DNA from: Diplonema japonicum
Lineage: Eukaryota; Protista; Euglenozoa: Diplonemea
Reading direction: 5' to 3'
Assembly (NCBI GenBank): GCA_964019335.1
Contig: OZ025655.1
Span: 682,001 to 746,000 of the forward strand
DNA: 64,000 bases
Part shown: positions 9,100 to 20,613 of the stretch, piece after piece
Numbering within the stretch: position 1 is the stretch's first letter
How the letters are laid out: every line of letters begins with the position of its first letter
The notes under the pieces: model-generated
Database searches by the model: none
What the model was told of the DNA's origin: nothing
Seen by the model: only the letters and a program-made list of their open reading frames with translations
Position numbers and translations under genes: made by a program

Positions 9100-12000
9100 T
9101 CACCTGCTACGTGCTGGTGATGACGCCGCGTAGGCAGAGGAGCAGAACGAGGTATCAATACTCTTAGACGGGTGCTGTGAGATAAAAAAAAAAAATTGAC
9201 ATTTTCTTTTTGTAAACGTTGCATACCCTTCTCGTCCCCATGCTCCTCCCAGGAGGTTCTGGTGTGGCTGAAGGGTTCATTGCCACTCTAATCGTCTTGT
9301 TGGTTGCAGTGAGGAATGTGAGGGTGACGGTGAGTGTCACACCCTGGCGGCTTAACATTCTCGAGATTCTTCTGAAGTCGTCCATCTGGCGTACCGCACA
9401 GATGTGAATGTAACCGTACTTATCCTCATATTGCACCTCCTTGAGGATGTCGCCTGGTGCAATGCGTGGGTCAGACATTGCCACCGGGCCCCCCTCCACG
9501 ATGCCCGCCACCTTCGCACCGTCAATGGCCTCCCATTGTGCTCCGTACTGCACACCGTCTGAGAGGTGCAAACCGAACAGCAAATGCTGCGGTGTTTCGT
9601 CCTCTACAACGATGTTAGCACGCTCTGCCTCTTCCTCTCTCATCCGTAAGATCGCTTCCCTTTCGTCCAGGACGTGTGTCCGCTCGTCTAGATCCCTTTC
9701 CTTCTCATCTGTCCTTCTGACTAGATCCCTGATTCTGATCTCCAGCTCCTTCAGCCTTGCGATCTGCCCATCGAAGTCCTCCACTGTGTTCCCCTTCACT
9801 GTCGTCGACGCAGTGTACACTTGCCCGTCGATCTCGACAGCAATCGAACTTGACCCCTGCATGTCGCCTACCCGCACCAAGCATTCCCATACATGTCTAG
9901 ACCCAGCTACTGGGGTTACAGCACCTACCACCTCAGAGTTCGCCACTGGCATCACGATGGGCATGCTGTCTCTCTTCTTCCTGCGGTCCATGGCAGGGTC
10001 GTCTTGGTTGATACACATCCTGACAGGCACCACCGACGAGGGGGCAATGGGGTCCGCTCCGAACGTCACTGCGTACTTCGATATAGACACCTTCCCCTTC
10101 TCCACGGGTTGCTCCTCACGTGGGACGTCCAGACTTTCGCTCGCAACGCGAACCTTCTTCAGAAGCGTAACGCCATCGTAGTCGACACTGATGCCTGCAG
10201 TGGTGTAGGCGCTTTCTGCTGATGTTTGAATGGTGGTAACGTACTTGAAGTCGACTCCTTCCACCCTGCGTAGGGGCATCAGCACAGACGAAGCAGAAAG
10301 GGGAGAGATCCTGAATGCCGTTGGTTCCGGCCCTGGAGCGTACCTCCCAGTGCTGTCACACGTCACAATAGTAACATGGATGCACTCCCCAGCGGAAACA
10401 ACACTGGGTTCTACCTTGAGAATGGTTTTCGATGGGTCAGCCTTCTCAGGCGCTTTCACAGAAACGCTTCCGTTCCCGATCTCGATGCCCCCCATAGTTA
10501 CTGACACGCCACACCTCCCCGCCACTGCGGGTACTAGCTTCCCTACGAAGCCTTGCGACACCCCATCGTAGACAACAGGCTGTTCGATGTGTGTGGAGCT
10601 TCCCGCGGCAGTGAACAAGGGCATCGGAGCGTATGGGCAGTTCCTCGACAGCGGCACCCAGTAGTTGTTCCTCGGTGTCACAAGCACGGTGACCTCGTCG
10701 CCCACGCAAGCAGGGTCCGGGAAGCACGTGATGGTGGTCGCTGTGGGGTCCCACTCTGTCTCGTGTCTGGCGTCGGCCACAAGCTTCGAGCTCCCCCGCG
10801 ACGCATCAGTTCCGCCTTGCAGCATCACCTCCACACCCACGTAGTCTCGAGGTGTCCCCTGTGCTGTCACCCCATCCACAGGGACTGAGAGGGTGTAGAC
10901 AGGAGCCCCCAGCACCTGCTTCAGAGGGCCATAAATCGAAAGTCCTTGAGCTGTGGTGTACGGCGCCAACTTGAACTGGTCAACAGACGCAACCCAGTTC
11001 TTGGCTGGCAACAGAGAGTCCGTCTCACGCACCACGATGGCCACTGTCATCGTCTCCCCCAAAGCCACGCTGTTGGGAGAGCAGTGCACTGTGAAGCGTG
11101 GTATGCGGCTGCCTTCGACGTCGAGGGCATCTTGCTGCGAGAGGCTTGCTGCAGGTACGTTGGCGGTGGCCATGAAAGTGTGGCCCCTGAACTTCACCTG
11201 GAACCCGCTCCTCCCTTCTGTCTCTGTTGTGTACGAACAGTGGAACGTTGAGCTGCTCTTTTCGTTGTCCAAAACGTCACTAATAAAGTAGTCGCTGCCC
11301 ACCGTCAAGCCGCCCGTTGTAGGCATCGCCACTTGCTTCACAGACAGCTCCTGCTTGTGGACACCTCTGATAGGTTGGCCTGTGCTGTCACACGTTGTCA
11401 CCACTAGATGCAGCTCCCTTCCGACAGGGCAGGGGTCAGGGTAACAGCTCACCAGCGTCCTCTCGACGCAGACCTTGCCTGTCCCCACGTCGTCGGTCGT
11501 AACGATGGTGTCGAGCACATCCTCGAGCCTGTGCGGATGAGTGTGGTGTGGGTACATACTCTGTCAGCTCATTGACTCTCTGCCGGTAGCTGGCATCAGT
11601 TTGGCGCGCCTCCTTGATCAATGTCTGCTCGTCTGCGTGCTTCATGGTCACCGTCTGCATGGTGTGCAGTGTGGGGAGTGACATACTTGCTTCGCACGAT
11701 GCAGCACCTCGTCCTTGGACCCCAGCTGTGCAACCAGCTCCTTGTAGTCGGGACACAGTTTGTCGAAGTTTTCCCATCTCTTAGTCCTCTCCATGATAAC
11801 TTCAATGTCTGCCTTAAGGTGTGCTATCTCAGACCCGAGCCTTGCAGTTTGTGCGTTGTTGTCACAATCATCGGCGGCCATCTGGTTCTTAAGTCTCTGT
11901 GGTGGAATAGTTGCATGGTGGAGGGTGTCGTACCTTGGCTTCGTCTTTCTGTTCTGTCAGGAGGCCACCGAAAGTGTCCAGCTCGTTCCTCAGTCTTGTG

Positions 12001-12699
12001 GTTTTATTCACCTCCCCTGCTAGCTGCTCCTCCCGTACAGCGATATCGCTCTGGAAGTTCGCGATTTTCGTTTCCATGTCTGCTGTTTGGTCGTCAAGGG
12101 ACTGTTTGGCCAGCTGGTGTTCCCGCATCTCGTCGTCTAGCTCCTTGACCTTCTTCCTGGACACATCGAGCCACCCTTGGATCTCTTTGTAGTTATCCAT
12201 CGCGTGTTTCTTCTGCAGTTGTTCGTCTTGCAGCAGCTCCGCGGTTTCCTTGTGCGAAGTTTGCTCTTCAAGGAGCTGGTTCCGCACGCTGGTCATTGTC
12301 GCGGAGTGCGTGTCGATAAGCCTTTCGAGCTCCTGTTTCCTCTTCGTGAGCTCCATGGCTTCGCTTCTCCTGTGGGACTGCATCCTTTCTTCGATCTGCC
12401 TTGCCTCCCTTGAGTCGTTCTTGTGGGAGAACCTTGCTTGCGACTTAGAGAGCATGTCGATCTTATTGCTCTGAAGGTGGTGCATGTCGGAGAGCTTCTC
12501 CACTGCTTCCCACAACCGTTGTTCGCTGTCCAGCTTGCGAGGGATGCCTTTTATCCTGTTCATGACCTGTGGGGGTGTGCTGGAATTTGTTTTGCGATCG
12601 GCGAACATACCCACTGGAACTGGTCATTCAAGTCCGCTATTTTGTTCTTGGTCAGCTGTGCTGTTTGTTTGTCACTCTTCATCTTTGAAATCTCCTGGG

Positions 12700-12761
<62 letters not shown>

Positions 12762-12878
12762 GTGAAAAGGGATTCATACCGCTCTGTTACGACTAGCCCC
12801 GTTCACCACTGGCTTCTGTGGGGGATGCACGCGTACGTTCCCTTCCCTCTCAGCCATTCCCGCTTCTTCGTTGTCCAT
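9100..12878 (-). CDS. Coiled-coil plus filamin/Ig-like repeats plus C-terminal PDZ-like protein; introns 12695-12779, 12567-12610, 11897-11933, 11655-11686, 11529-11559, 9175-9226
   Basis: Six GT-AG introns join the ORF-track fragments into one continuous frame. Repeated beta units (T.V.C.P.P..VG...V.V...D..G). PDZ-like FGLHL..GAKVAGIVEGGP..IAPGDIL. Confidence 0.75.
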
Positions 12879-13353
12879 GTAGAGCCCTTCCCCTCCTGTG
12901 AAAAGTCTTGCTAGAGCCGGCATCGCGCAAAAAAGAACAAAAAAAAAACTTACTTTTCTTTAAAATACTTGCAGAAAGACGGACGCACAACACAAGAACA
13001 GAGATTTACCGAAAAAAGGGGACGGGGCAGTCTAAAAGGGGGGGAGAAGCCTACATTACTACTACGTACAACTAATACAAAGGGGGGAAAGGAAAAGAAG
13101 AAATTCACTAAAGAAGTGTTAAAAAACGACCCACTTGGATCAAAAAAAAAAAAAAAAAAAAAAACAGTAGTGGTAAAAAGGAATGGTATGATTTACATTA
13201 AGCCTTCTTTTTTTTTTTTATCAACGCACAGCAAAAAAAAAAGGAGAGAGAAGAAAAACTGAAAGGATTTTTCAACAACAATAGAAGTCTGGAAGACAGA
13301 AGAAAAAAAGAAAAGGCGGCTAGAGTTTTGTTTCTTTTCTTTTCTTTTTTTTT

Positions 13354-15686
13354 TTAAGTTAGAAGTCCATTATATCTTGCAGGGTCAAGGGTGATGGCTT
13401 TGGGTGATTCGACGCGTTCGCGGAACAGTTTCACGGCTTCGGGATCGTGAATAATGTCCTGTTTTTTTTTTTTTTTTTTTTTTTTTTTTTGAAAAATACC
13501 TCAGTCCCAAAGCTATGTGCCATCTTCGACCATTCGCTCATGAAGCCTTTCCAGTAACGTGGTTTGCTTCCGGTTCGTTCTCCTCGTCTCTTCTGCTCGC
13601 TCCTCCTTGGCACAGGGGTCATGTCATGCTCTGAGTCCGACATATCAAGCGGTGTCCCGTACACCATGTGCCCTGGTGTTGCCCTCGGGCTGTCCAGTGG
13701 GTTGCCACTACGTCGATGGCCGTTCCCGTTGCCCGCCAAAATATCTAATCGCATGTCCAAAGAGGTTTCCCTGATGTCGGCGTACTCCCTGAGGGGGACC
13801 AAGGTCTCTAAATCGTCTGATTCCTGAGGTGCTGACTCCGCCGACTTTGTCTCTGTCCCCACCTCCCTTGTCACAGGCATCGCAAGCGATGACTTCCCGA
13901 CCATTAGATTGTCAAGCCCCACCTTCAGATTTTGTTTCTTTCCACTCACATTTCCATTCCCATTCCCATTCCCATTCCCCACGCTCCTCACCTCTGTAGG
14001 AGTTGTGGGTATGTCCTCTGGAAAGGGAATAGGGATACGTCGATATTGCGATAGCACAGCAACAGGCGTCCCTGCAGGTGAGGGAACAGATGCAGCAGGG
14101 GTCGCAGGGGTCATAAACGTAGGTCCTGGCACAGCGTGCCGCGGCAAGACAGGCTGCGTGGCAGTGTTCCACACTGTAACATCAGAGGACGACTGTGGTG
14201 GGTTACTGTGTTGTTTTTCAAGACAGCATACCAGCGGCTTAAGCCTTATGGGCGACACCGGTGTCTGGGGTGGGGTGGCCATGCTCTCCTTCTGGTTTGC
14301 CATTTTCTGCATCCTCTTGTTCCACATAAGCACTGTTGGCTGGAGGCCTTCTTGCGCAGGTTGCGAAACGCCCCGGTCCTCGTACTCCATTGTGTCCGAG
14401 CTCTCCGACTCGTCCCACGCAATGGAGAACGACGGGCGTTCCCTTCCGACAAACTTTGAGATGCTCTCAGCTTCTGCCTCTTTGTCCTGCAAGGCCCGTT
14501 CTCGTTCTGTCAGCCCTTCTTCTAATTGCTTCAACATTTTTTCTTTTTCTATGTTTCGCTTCTGCATGTCCCTAACCACGGCGGCCATCTCCCTGTGTTC
14601 CGCCTGGTTGGATTTCATGATGTTTGCCAGCGACGAGTTGGCATCCTCCAAGTCCTTCCTGTTTTGATGTTCTTCTTTGCGCAGCTCTGTGAGCTCTTCG
14701 AAGGTCACCTTCGCTTCGTGTATCCGCATGCTTTCATACTGTCTCCGCCCCACCTCCCTATCCCTGTCCTCCTGCAGTCTTGCCATTTCCAGCTGGTGTT
14801 CCCGCCGCTCCCGTTCCAAGGTCTCATGTTCGATCCGTCGCTCTTCATTCTCACGTTCCTTCTGCTCCAGGTTGTGCTTGATGCTAGCTGCTTCTCGTTT
14901 GGCCCGTTCTAGCTCGGTTGCCATGTCCACCTCTTTGTCTTTCTGAGGTCCGTCAGGGAGCGAGATGCCAAAAGCAGTGCCGCCATTTGTCTTGCCAAGG
15001 ATGTCTACCGGCTCGTTCATCGGAGGAAGCGGTAGTGGAACGAGGGGTGCTAGTCCGGAGTTGTTAACCATATTCGCAGGCGGCCTGTATTGAGGAGACT
15101 GGGACAGGCGACCCGTTTCCTCGACCCAGTTGTCGAGTTTTTTGCGAGGGGAGGTGTAGTTGGAAGGTTTTCGTATCGTTCTTGAGAAGTGGTTGAAGGG
15201 GTAGGCCTGGAGGGTCCGTCTGTCATTCACGGGAAGGTTCGTGCCTGTGGTCCTCTTCCTGATTTCGTTGACGATTCTAAGGACGTGCTCTGCGTGGCTG
15301 AGACCATCAGGGGGCGTAACGTTCCGCTTGTCCGAAACAAGATTGATCAGCAGGTTTGGCTCGCTTGCGTCGTTCATTTCGAAGAAGATTTGCGAGGTAC
15401 GTGCCTTGCCCCCCAGCATGCTTGTCTCCGCCATGACCTCCTGCAAGGTGGCGCTTTGCAGATACGGCAACCGCACCACGCGCTTCACAACCCCGTCTGT
15501 TGTTGCCAGCAGCATGCAGGACCGTTCAACAACTAGAACTCGTTTCTGCATCTTTTCCTTTGACGTCACCCTGTGCACCAGTCTTGCTAGGTACGTCGTC
15601 TTGGAAGATTTCGAAGGCATGAACTGGTTAACCACGGTGGAGGCAGGCGGGCCCGCCTTCGCGTACCCTTCCCATTCTGTCGACAT
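13354..15686 (-). CDS. Hypothetical protein with N-terminal PH-like domain and central coiled coil; poly(A) intron 13459-13499
   Basis: 751-aa ORF. The run into poly-K is removed by a GTATTT-poly(A)-AACAG intron, giving DIIHDPEAVKLFRERVE..LLT*. Confidence 0.7.
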
Positions 15687-15859
15687 GGGGCTAGAAAAGC
15701 CACCTCGACTGCCCTCCTGTGAAAGCTTCGATAGATTTAAAGAAAAGAAAAGAAAAAGAAGAAAGCAAAAAAGAAAAAACCAAACGTACGATTGACGAGG
15801 AAATTATATGCCTACGTCTGCTAAACAAAGAAACAAATAGAATGGGAATGCGAGTTAGA

Positions 15860-17338
15860 TTATATGGAAATAGCGTCATCAGGGGTGTCGTCGTCGATGC
15901 AGAGGGAGTCAAGGAACACCACGGTGAGTAGGTCCGTTCCTATGCTGTATGACGCGCAGGGAAGAGAATCGTCGGCTACCTCGACCCCTGTTTTTGTGGT
16001 GAGGATCTGAAGATCCGGAGGGATTGCCCATTCAACAGCTATCGCCTCCTTCAACCTCCGCACCGTCGTCGCTTGCCACATTGCTCTGATGTTGAGCGTC
16101 TTACTGGTGTTCACATTTAACACGATGATCCTCGTTTTAGCTGGTTGCGAGTACTTCGCTTCCAGTCTCCTATACAGTGAGGCGTATCCCACACCTGTTG
16201 TTTCACAGTAGGCAAGGATAGAGTCAATATTCTGAAGCTTCTCAGGATTGTGCACTTGAAAAAAATGCGATAATTTTTCCTTCGCAGCCATCCGTGCTGC
16301 CAGTCCCCCTGTTGTTGCATTTTTCGCCAAAGCACACAGCAGCAAGCCAGCCCGCATGCTTGGTGTGCCCACCCAGGTAAGGGGGGCTATTTTTATGTAT
16401 CTGGTTGTGACAGGATCGATGCGCACCACAGCGGGTGCTGCGTGTATGCCCATGTCCAACCACTTGGTGCCGTCGGCGGAGTGACTCAGCGAGAAGCTCG
16501 TCACGCACGTTGTCTCGCTAGTATGCGGCTTGAGAACTACGCCACACACGACACGCGTGCTGCCGGCGTCGATGGTGTACCATGGGTTCATGTCGCCCTG
16601 TCCAGCAGTCCACCCCACGCCTGCTAAGCACCCGTCCTCGGCGGAGCACATCGAAGAGGACGCCTGCCGCTCAGGGGGGTCGGCAATGATGCGTGTCACA
16701 TTTGTGTTTTTCGACAATTTTCTTTCTTGGCGAGCGGTTTTGCATCTGTTGCAAACTTCACGGCCAGCCCAGTTGACGTTTCTGCAGGTGGGGCATTCCC
16801 AGTCGCCAGGGTGGGGGAGGTGCCCGGGTTGCAAGCTTGCGATACCCGTGGGGAGGTATTCCGCTCTCTTGACAGTGACGCTAGGACAGCCTTTTGAGCG
16901 TGATGAAGAGGAACCACCAGAGTAGTGGGAAATGGCGCTCTCGCGGAGATCTTCAAACTCACCAACAGAGAGCACACCCCCCTGGCGGAGGAGAGACAGG
17001 CCAGAGAGATCGGAGGAGAGGTTGGGGACGAAGCCAGCAGGCTCCGTACTGGTGATTGGGATCATGAGAATGGCCTCCATCTCGTTCAGGACGCTGGTGC
17101 AGGCTTGAGAAGGGCCTTCAAGAGTAGCTTTTGAACCCACAGTGGCGGTGGCACGGGGGACATGGATGGCAACCTGATCCCATTTATTCCTTAACCTCTT
17201 TAAGGTGTCGCCATTCTTCCCAACAAGCACTCCAAAGTCTGAGGCAGAAATGTCCAGTTCCAACTTCACCTTCGCATTCACATCCTCAGGAGGGGGCGAA
17301 GGTGGCGGCGAAGGGGGCGGCAGTGGTAGTGCGTTCAT
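15860..17338 (-). CDS. KH plus RanBP2 zinc finger plus discoidin (F5/8C) plus ubiquitin-like multidomain protein
   Basis: KH with GKNG loop; GDWECPTCRNVNWAGREVCNRC; PWYTIDAG..VTSFSLSHSADGTKW..TRYIKIAPLTW..SMRAGL; C-terminal TTVRRLKEAI..IPPDLQIL..YSI. Confidence 0.8.
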   Translation of the reverse strand: MNALPLPPPSPPPSPPPEDVNAKVKLELDISASDFGVLVGKNGDTLKRLRNKWDQVAIHVPRATATVGSKATLEGPSQACTSVLNEMEAILMIPITSTEPAGFVPNLSSDLSGLSLLRQGGVLSVGEFEDLRESAISHYSGGSSSSRSKGCPSVTVKRAEYLPTGIASLQPGHLPHPGDWECPTCRNVNWAGREVCNRCKTARQERKLSKNTNVTRIIADPPERQASSSMCSAEDGCLAGVGWTAGQGDMNPWYTIDAGSTRVVCGVVLKPHTSETTCVTSFSLSHSADGTKWLDMGIHAAPAVVRIDPVTTRYIKIAPLTWVGTPSMRAGLLLCALAKNATTGGLAARMAAKEKLSHFFQVHNPEKLQNIDSILAYCETTGVGYASLYRRLEAKYSQPAKTRIIVLNVNTSKTLNIRAMWQATTVRRLKEAIAVEWAIPPDLQILTTKTGVEVADDSLPCASYSIGTDLLTVVFLDSLCIDDDTPDDAISI

Positions 17339-18396
17339 CTCCCCCCAAGCATCATGCTGTGCCCTGCGATGGTTGTGAAGCAGTTCTTGATGGAAAACTA
17401 CAAATGGGATTTATATAAAAGAAAAGAGAGGGAGAGAAAGAGATTAGGTTAAGTTTTTTTTCTTCTGCTTCTTCTTATTCTTTTTTTTTTCTTTTTTACA
17501 TTGGCCTTCGAGCGAAAAGAAAAGCAAAAAAAAAAAAAAAAAATATGAGTTAAAGGAAGTCTTTGTGAGACGCCCCCTTGTTCTCAAAATAAAAAAAAAC
17601 GGGGGTTTCTCTGGGGAGCTGCGAAAGTTTCTCTTATTTGAAGAGAGGGGGGGGGGGGGGGGGGGAGGAATAGAAACATTTACTTTTTATAAGACCCGTC
17701 CATCGAAGAGGGTTTGTCCTTATTATTGTTTGTGTTTTTTTTTTTTTTTTTTTTTCGCGCTTACCTGAAACCAAAAGGGGTGGGAGAGGAGAAAACCAAG
17801 CGAGCATCGAGCAGCTTGTGTTTGTTAAGCACATCTCTAAAAGTGTTCAAAAAATGTAAACTGAGAACACAACAATATAGATGTGGGGCGTAAAAAAGAG
17901 GGGGGGTCCAGTGCATGATGCCCACCAAGGAAAAAGAAGGCAGGAGAGCCATACAGATATACGCATGCATGTCTAGGGGTAATGTGTAAGGTTATTTCTT
18001 TTAATTTTAAGTATTTGTTTTCTTTTTAAGCTAGTTCAAGAGAGAACGGGGTATATGTAATAAACAAAGGCAGCCGACGTTATGCCTGATCGCAGTGTGC
18101 AACCTGAGTGCTAAAGTTGGCCACAAAGAAAGGGGGGGGGGGGGGATTATTATATTTAAGGTATATGTAACAAGACACACAATAATATTAAATGCATCGC
18201 AACGTATTCGCTTGTTTTTTTTTTTTTTTTATTTTCCCCTCTAAAATATCATCAACTCGCTGGGGTGAATGCCCGTTGCAAGAAGAGGGAAGCAGGGTCG
18301 ATAAACAATAAAAAAGAAAAGGATTTCGATATTTATTTTTTCTTTCTTTCCTTTTTTTCTTCTTCCAAAAAAGCCATTTGCAATCATATTCCAAGA

Positions 18397-20346
18397 TCAG
18401 ACTACCCTCTTGAGGAGGTCAACTGGCTGGCCTGTGGAGGACTCTGCGACCTCCGAGTAGTCTCTGTACTTCGGGAGGATGCGCTGGGGGAGCTTCATGG
18501 CGTCCCTGCGGAAGGGGTCACCGAGCTCCCTGGTGGTGTGGACGTCGATGACGGTGGTGACGCCGTCCTTCATCTGGGAGTCGACAGCGGAGCGGAGGGC
18601 GTCGCCCACCTGGTCCAGGGAGGAGACGGTGATCCCGCGGCACCCCATCGCCTCCGCGATCCCTGCGAACCCTGTCTCCGGGTTCACGAGGTTCGTCCCG
18701 ACGTAGCGGTCCCCGAACCACAGCACCTGGTTCTTCTTCTCCGCGCCCCACTGCTGGTTGTTGAAGGTGACCACGGTGGTGGGGATCCCCTCCCTCGCGC
18801 ACGTCAGCAGCTCCATCAAGGACATCCCGAAGGCTCCGTCCCCGACGTAGGCGACAGCCGGCCTCTCCGGACACCCCACCTTCGCCCCCATCGCCGCCGG
18901 GAAGGCGTACCCGCAGTTCCCGAAGGTCAGCGCCGCAAGGTAGCTGCGCGGCTGCTCGAACCGCAGGTACCCGTTCGACACCGAGCACGTGTTCCCGATG
19001 TCCGTCGCCACGATCGCGTCCCGAGGCATCGCCTTCTCCAGCTCCCACAGCACCTTCCTCGGAACGAGCCTCCCGCCGCTGGTCTCGCAAGCCTCCACGT
19101 TCGCCTCCGCCATCGCCTCCAGCTCCGTCGTCCAAGCCGCCCGGTGCTCCTCCATCCTGGCCAGTCGGCTCTTCGTGTTCTGCTGGAAGGGCGGGGCCGC
19201 CGTCCCCGCCTGCAGCCTCTTCAATAGCGCCGTGCAGAAGAGCCCCGCGTCCCCGCACACCCCGACATCCACCTCCTTCACCCTCCCCACCTTCTTCGCG
19301 TCCACGTCCACCTGCACAACCTTCGCCCCCTCCGGCCAGTAGTCCATCCCGTACTGCGGGTTCGTCCCGAAGGGTCCCAGCCGCGTCCCGATCGCCAGCA
19401 CCACGTCCGCCTCCTTCACGCAGTTCATCGCCGTCTTGTGCCCGCAGTAGCCGAGCGGCCCGCACCACAGGGGGCTCCTCTTGTCGAACGCGTCGTTGTG
19501 CAGGTACGTCGTCGCCACCGGCACCTGCAGGTAGTCCGCCAGCTCCCGAGCCGCCGCGAACCCCGTCTCCGACATCACCACCCCTCCCCCGACCACCATC
19601 ACAGGGTTCGAAGCTCCTTCCACCAGGCGTGCCGCTTCCTCGATTCCCCTTTCTCCTCCTGCTGAGAGTTCAGGGATGTTGATCTTTGGGATCTTAACCT
19701 GTGTTTGTTTGTTTGTTTCTTTCTTTCTTTCTTTCCTTCCTTCTTATTTTCTCTCCCACACACAAACCTTGTTCTCACCATAAAAGTAATCTCTGGGGAT
19801 GTTGAGCTGGATTGGACCTCCCTCCCTCACAGCGCTGTCGAAGGCGTAGCCAGTGAGCTCAGCCATCCTCGCAGGGTGCACCACGTGTACCTGCTCCTTC
19901 GTGATGGTCTCGAAGATAGGGAGCTGTTCCACCTCCTGGAAGCCCCCCAACCCTTTCGTGCTGGTTGCGGCCTCGGGGGTGATCGCCACCACGGGGCTCC
20001 CGGTGTAGTACGCCGCTGCAACCCCTGTCACGAAGTTCGTGATCCCGGGACCGTTCTGCGCGATGCACACCCCGTGCTTCCCCGTCACGCGGGCGTACCC
20101 GTCCGCCATGTGCGCCGCCCCTTGCTCGTGCTGCACAGACAGGAATCGGATCCCCGCAGCGGGGAACAGGTCCAAGGCGTCCATGAAGGCCGACCCCACG
20201 ATCCCGAACACTGTGTCTACCCCTCGCGACGCGAGCGTCTCCACGAACGCCTCAGAGTTCGACATCAACGTCGCCTCAGACGACCCAGCCCACCGGCGGC
20301 CCCTCAAGGTCTGAGCTGCACTCGCGGTTCTGGCGTAGCGTTGCAT
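18397..20346 (-). CDS. xsc: Sulfoacetaldehyde acetyltransferase, copy 2, complete; intron 19699-19767
   Basis: Xsc N-terminal motifs plus TDIGNTCSVSNGYLRFE, FGNCGYAFP, TPP motif GDGAFGMS..N, QWGAEKKNQV and ELGDPFRRDA. N-terminal Arg-rich extension. Confidence 0.9.
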
Positions 20347-20613
20347 TGCTTTTTTGTTGTTGTTTTTGTTTTTGCTTTTGCTTTTTTCTTGTTTCTTTTT
20401 GTGTATGGAACCTGTATAAAGGGATCATTGTCAATAAAGGAGAAGGGGCTTCTCAAGAAAAGAAAAAGAACACAAGGCTTGAAACAGGTAAGAGAAATAG
20501 CAATGTGCATTAAGTAGTAATGAGGCAGGGGAAGGGTGTCAATCTCGAGCCCTTCAACATGGGTTAGGGTGTTAGGAAACGAAGGGACCCCAATACACTT
20601 TAAGACACCAATG

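Noticed and set aside
9100-12878. Stop-codon reassignment, frameshifting, non-canonical introns or pseudogenes as the cause of broken ORFs
   Set aside because: Every break is resolved in frame by a GT-AG intron.
18265-19227. Long plus-strand ORFs such as this 320-aa one
   Set aside because: Antisense shadows of GC-rich minus-strand genes.
18397-20346. Acetolactate synthase call for the TPP enzyme
   Set aside because: Lacks ALS motifs (GYPGGA, TSGPGATN, GMVRQWQ) and has the Xsc equivalents.
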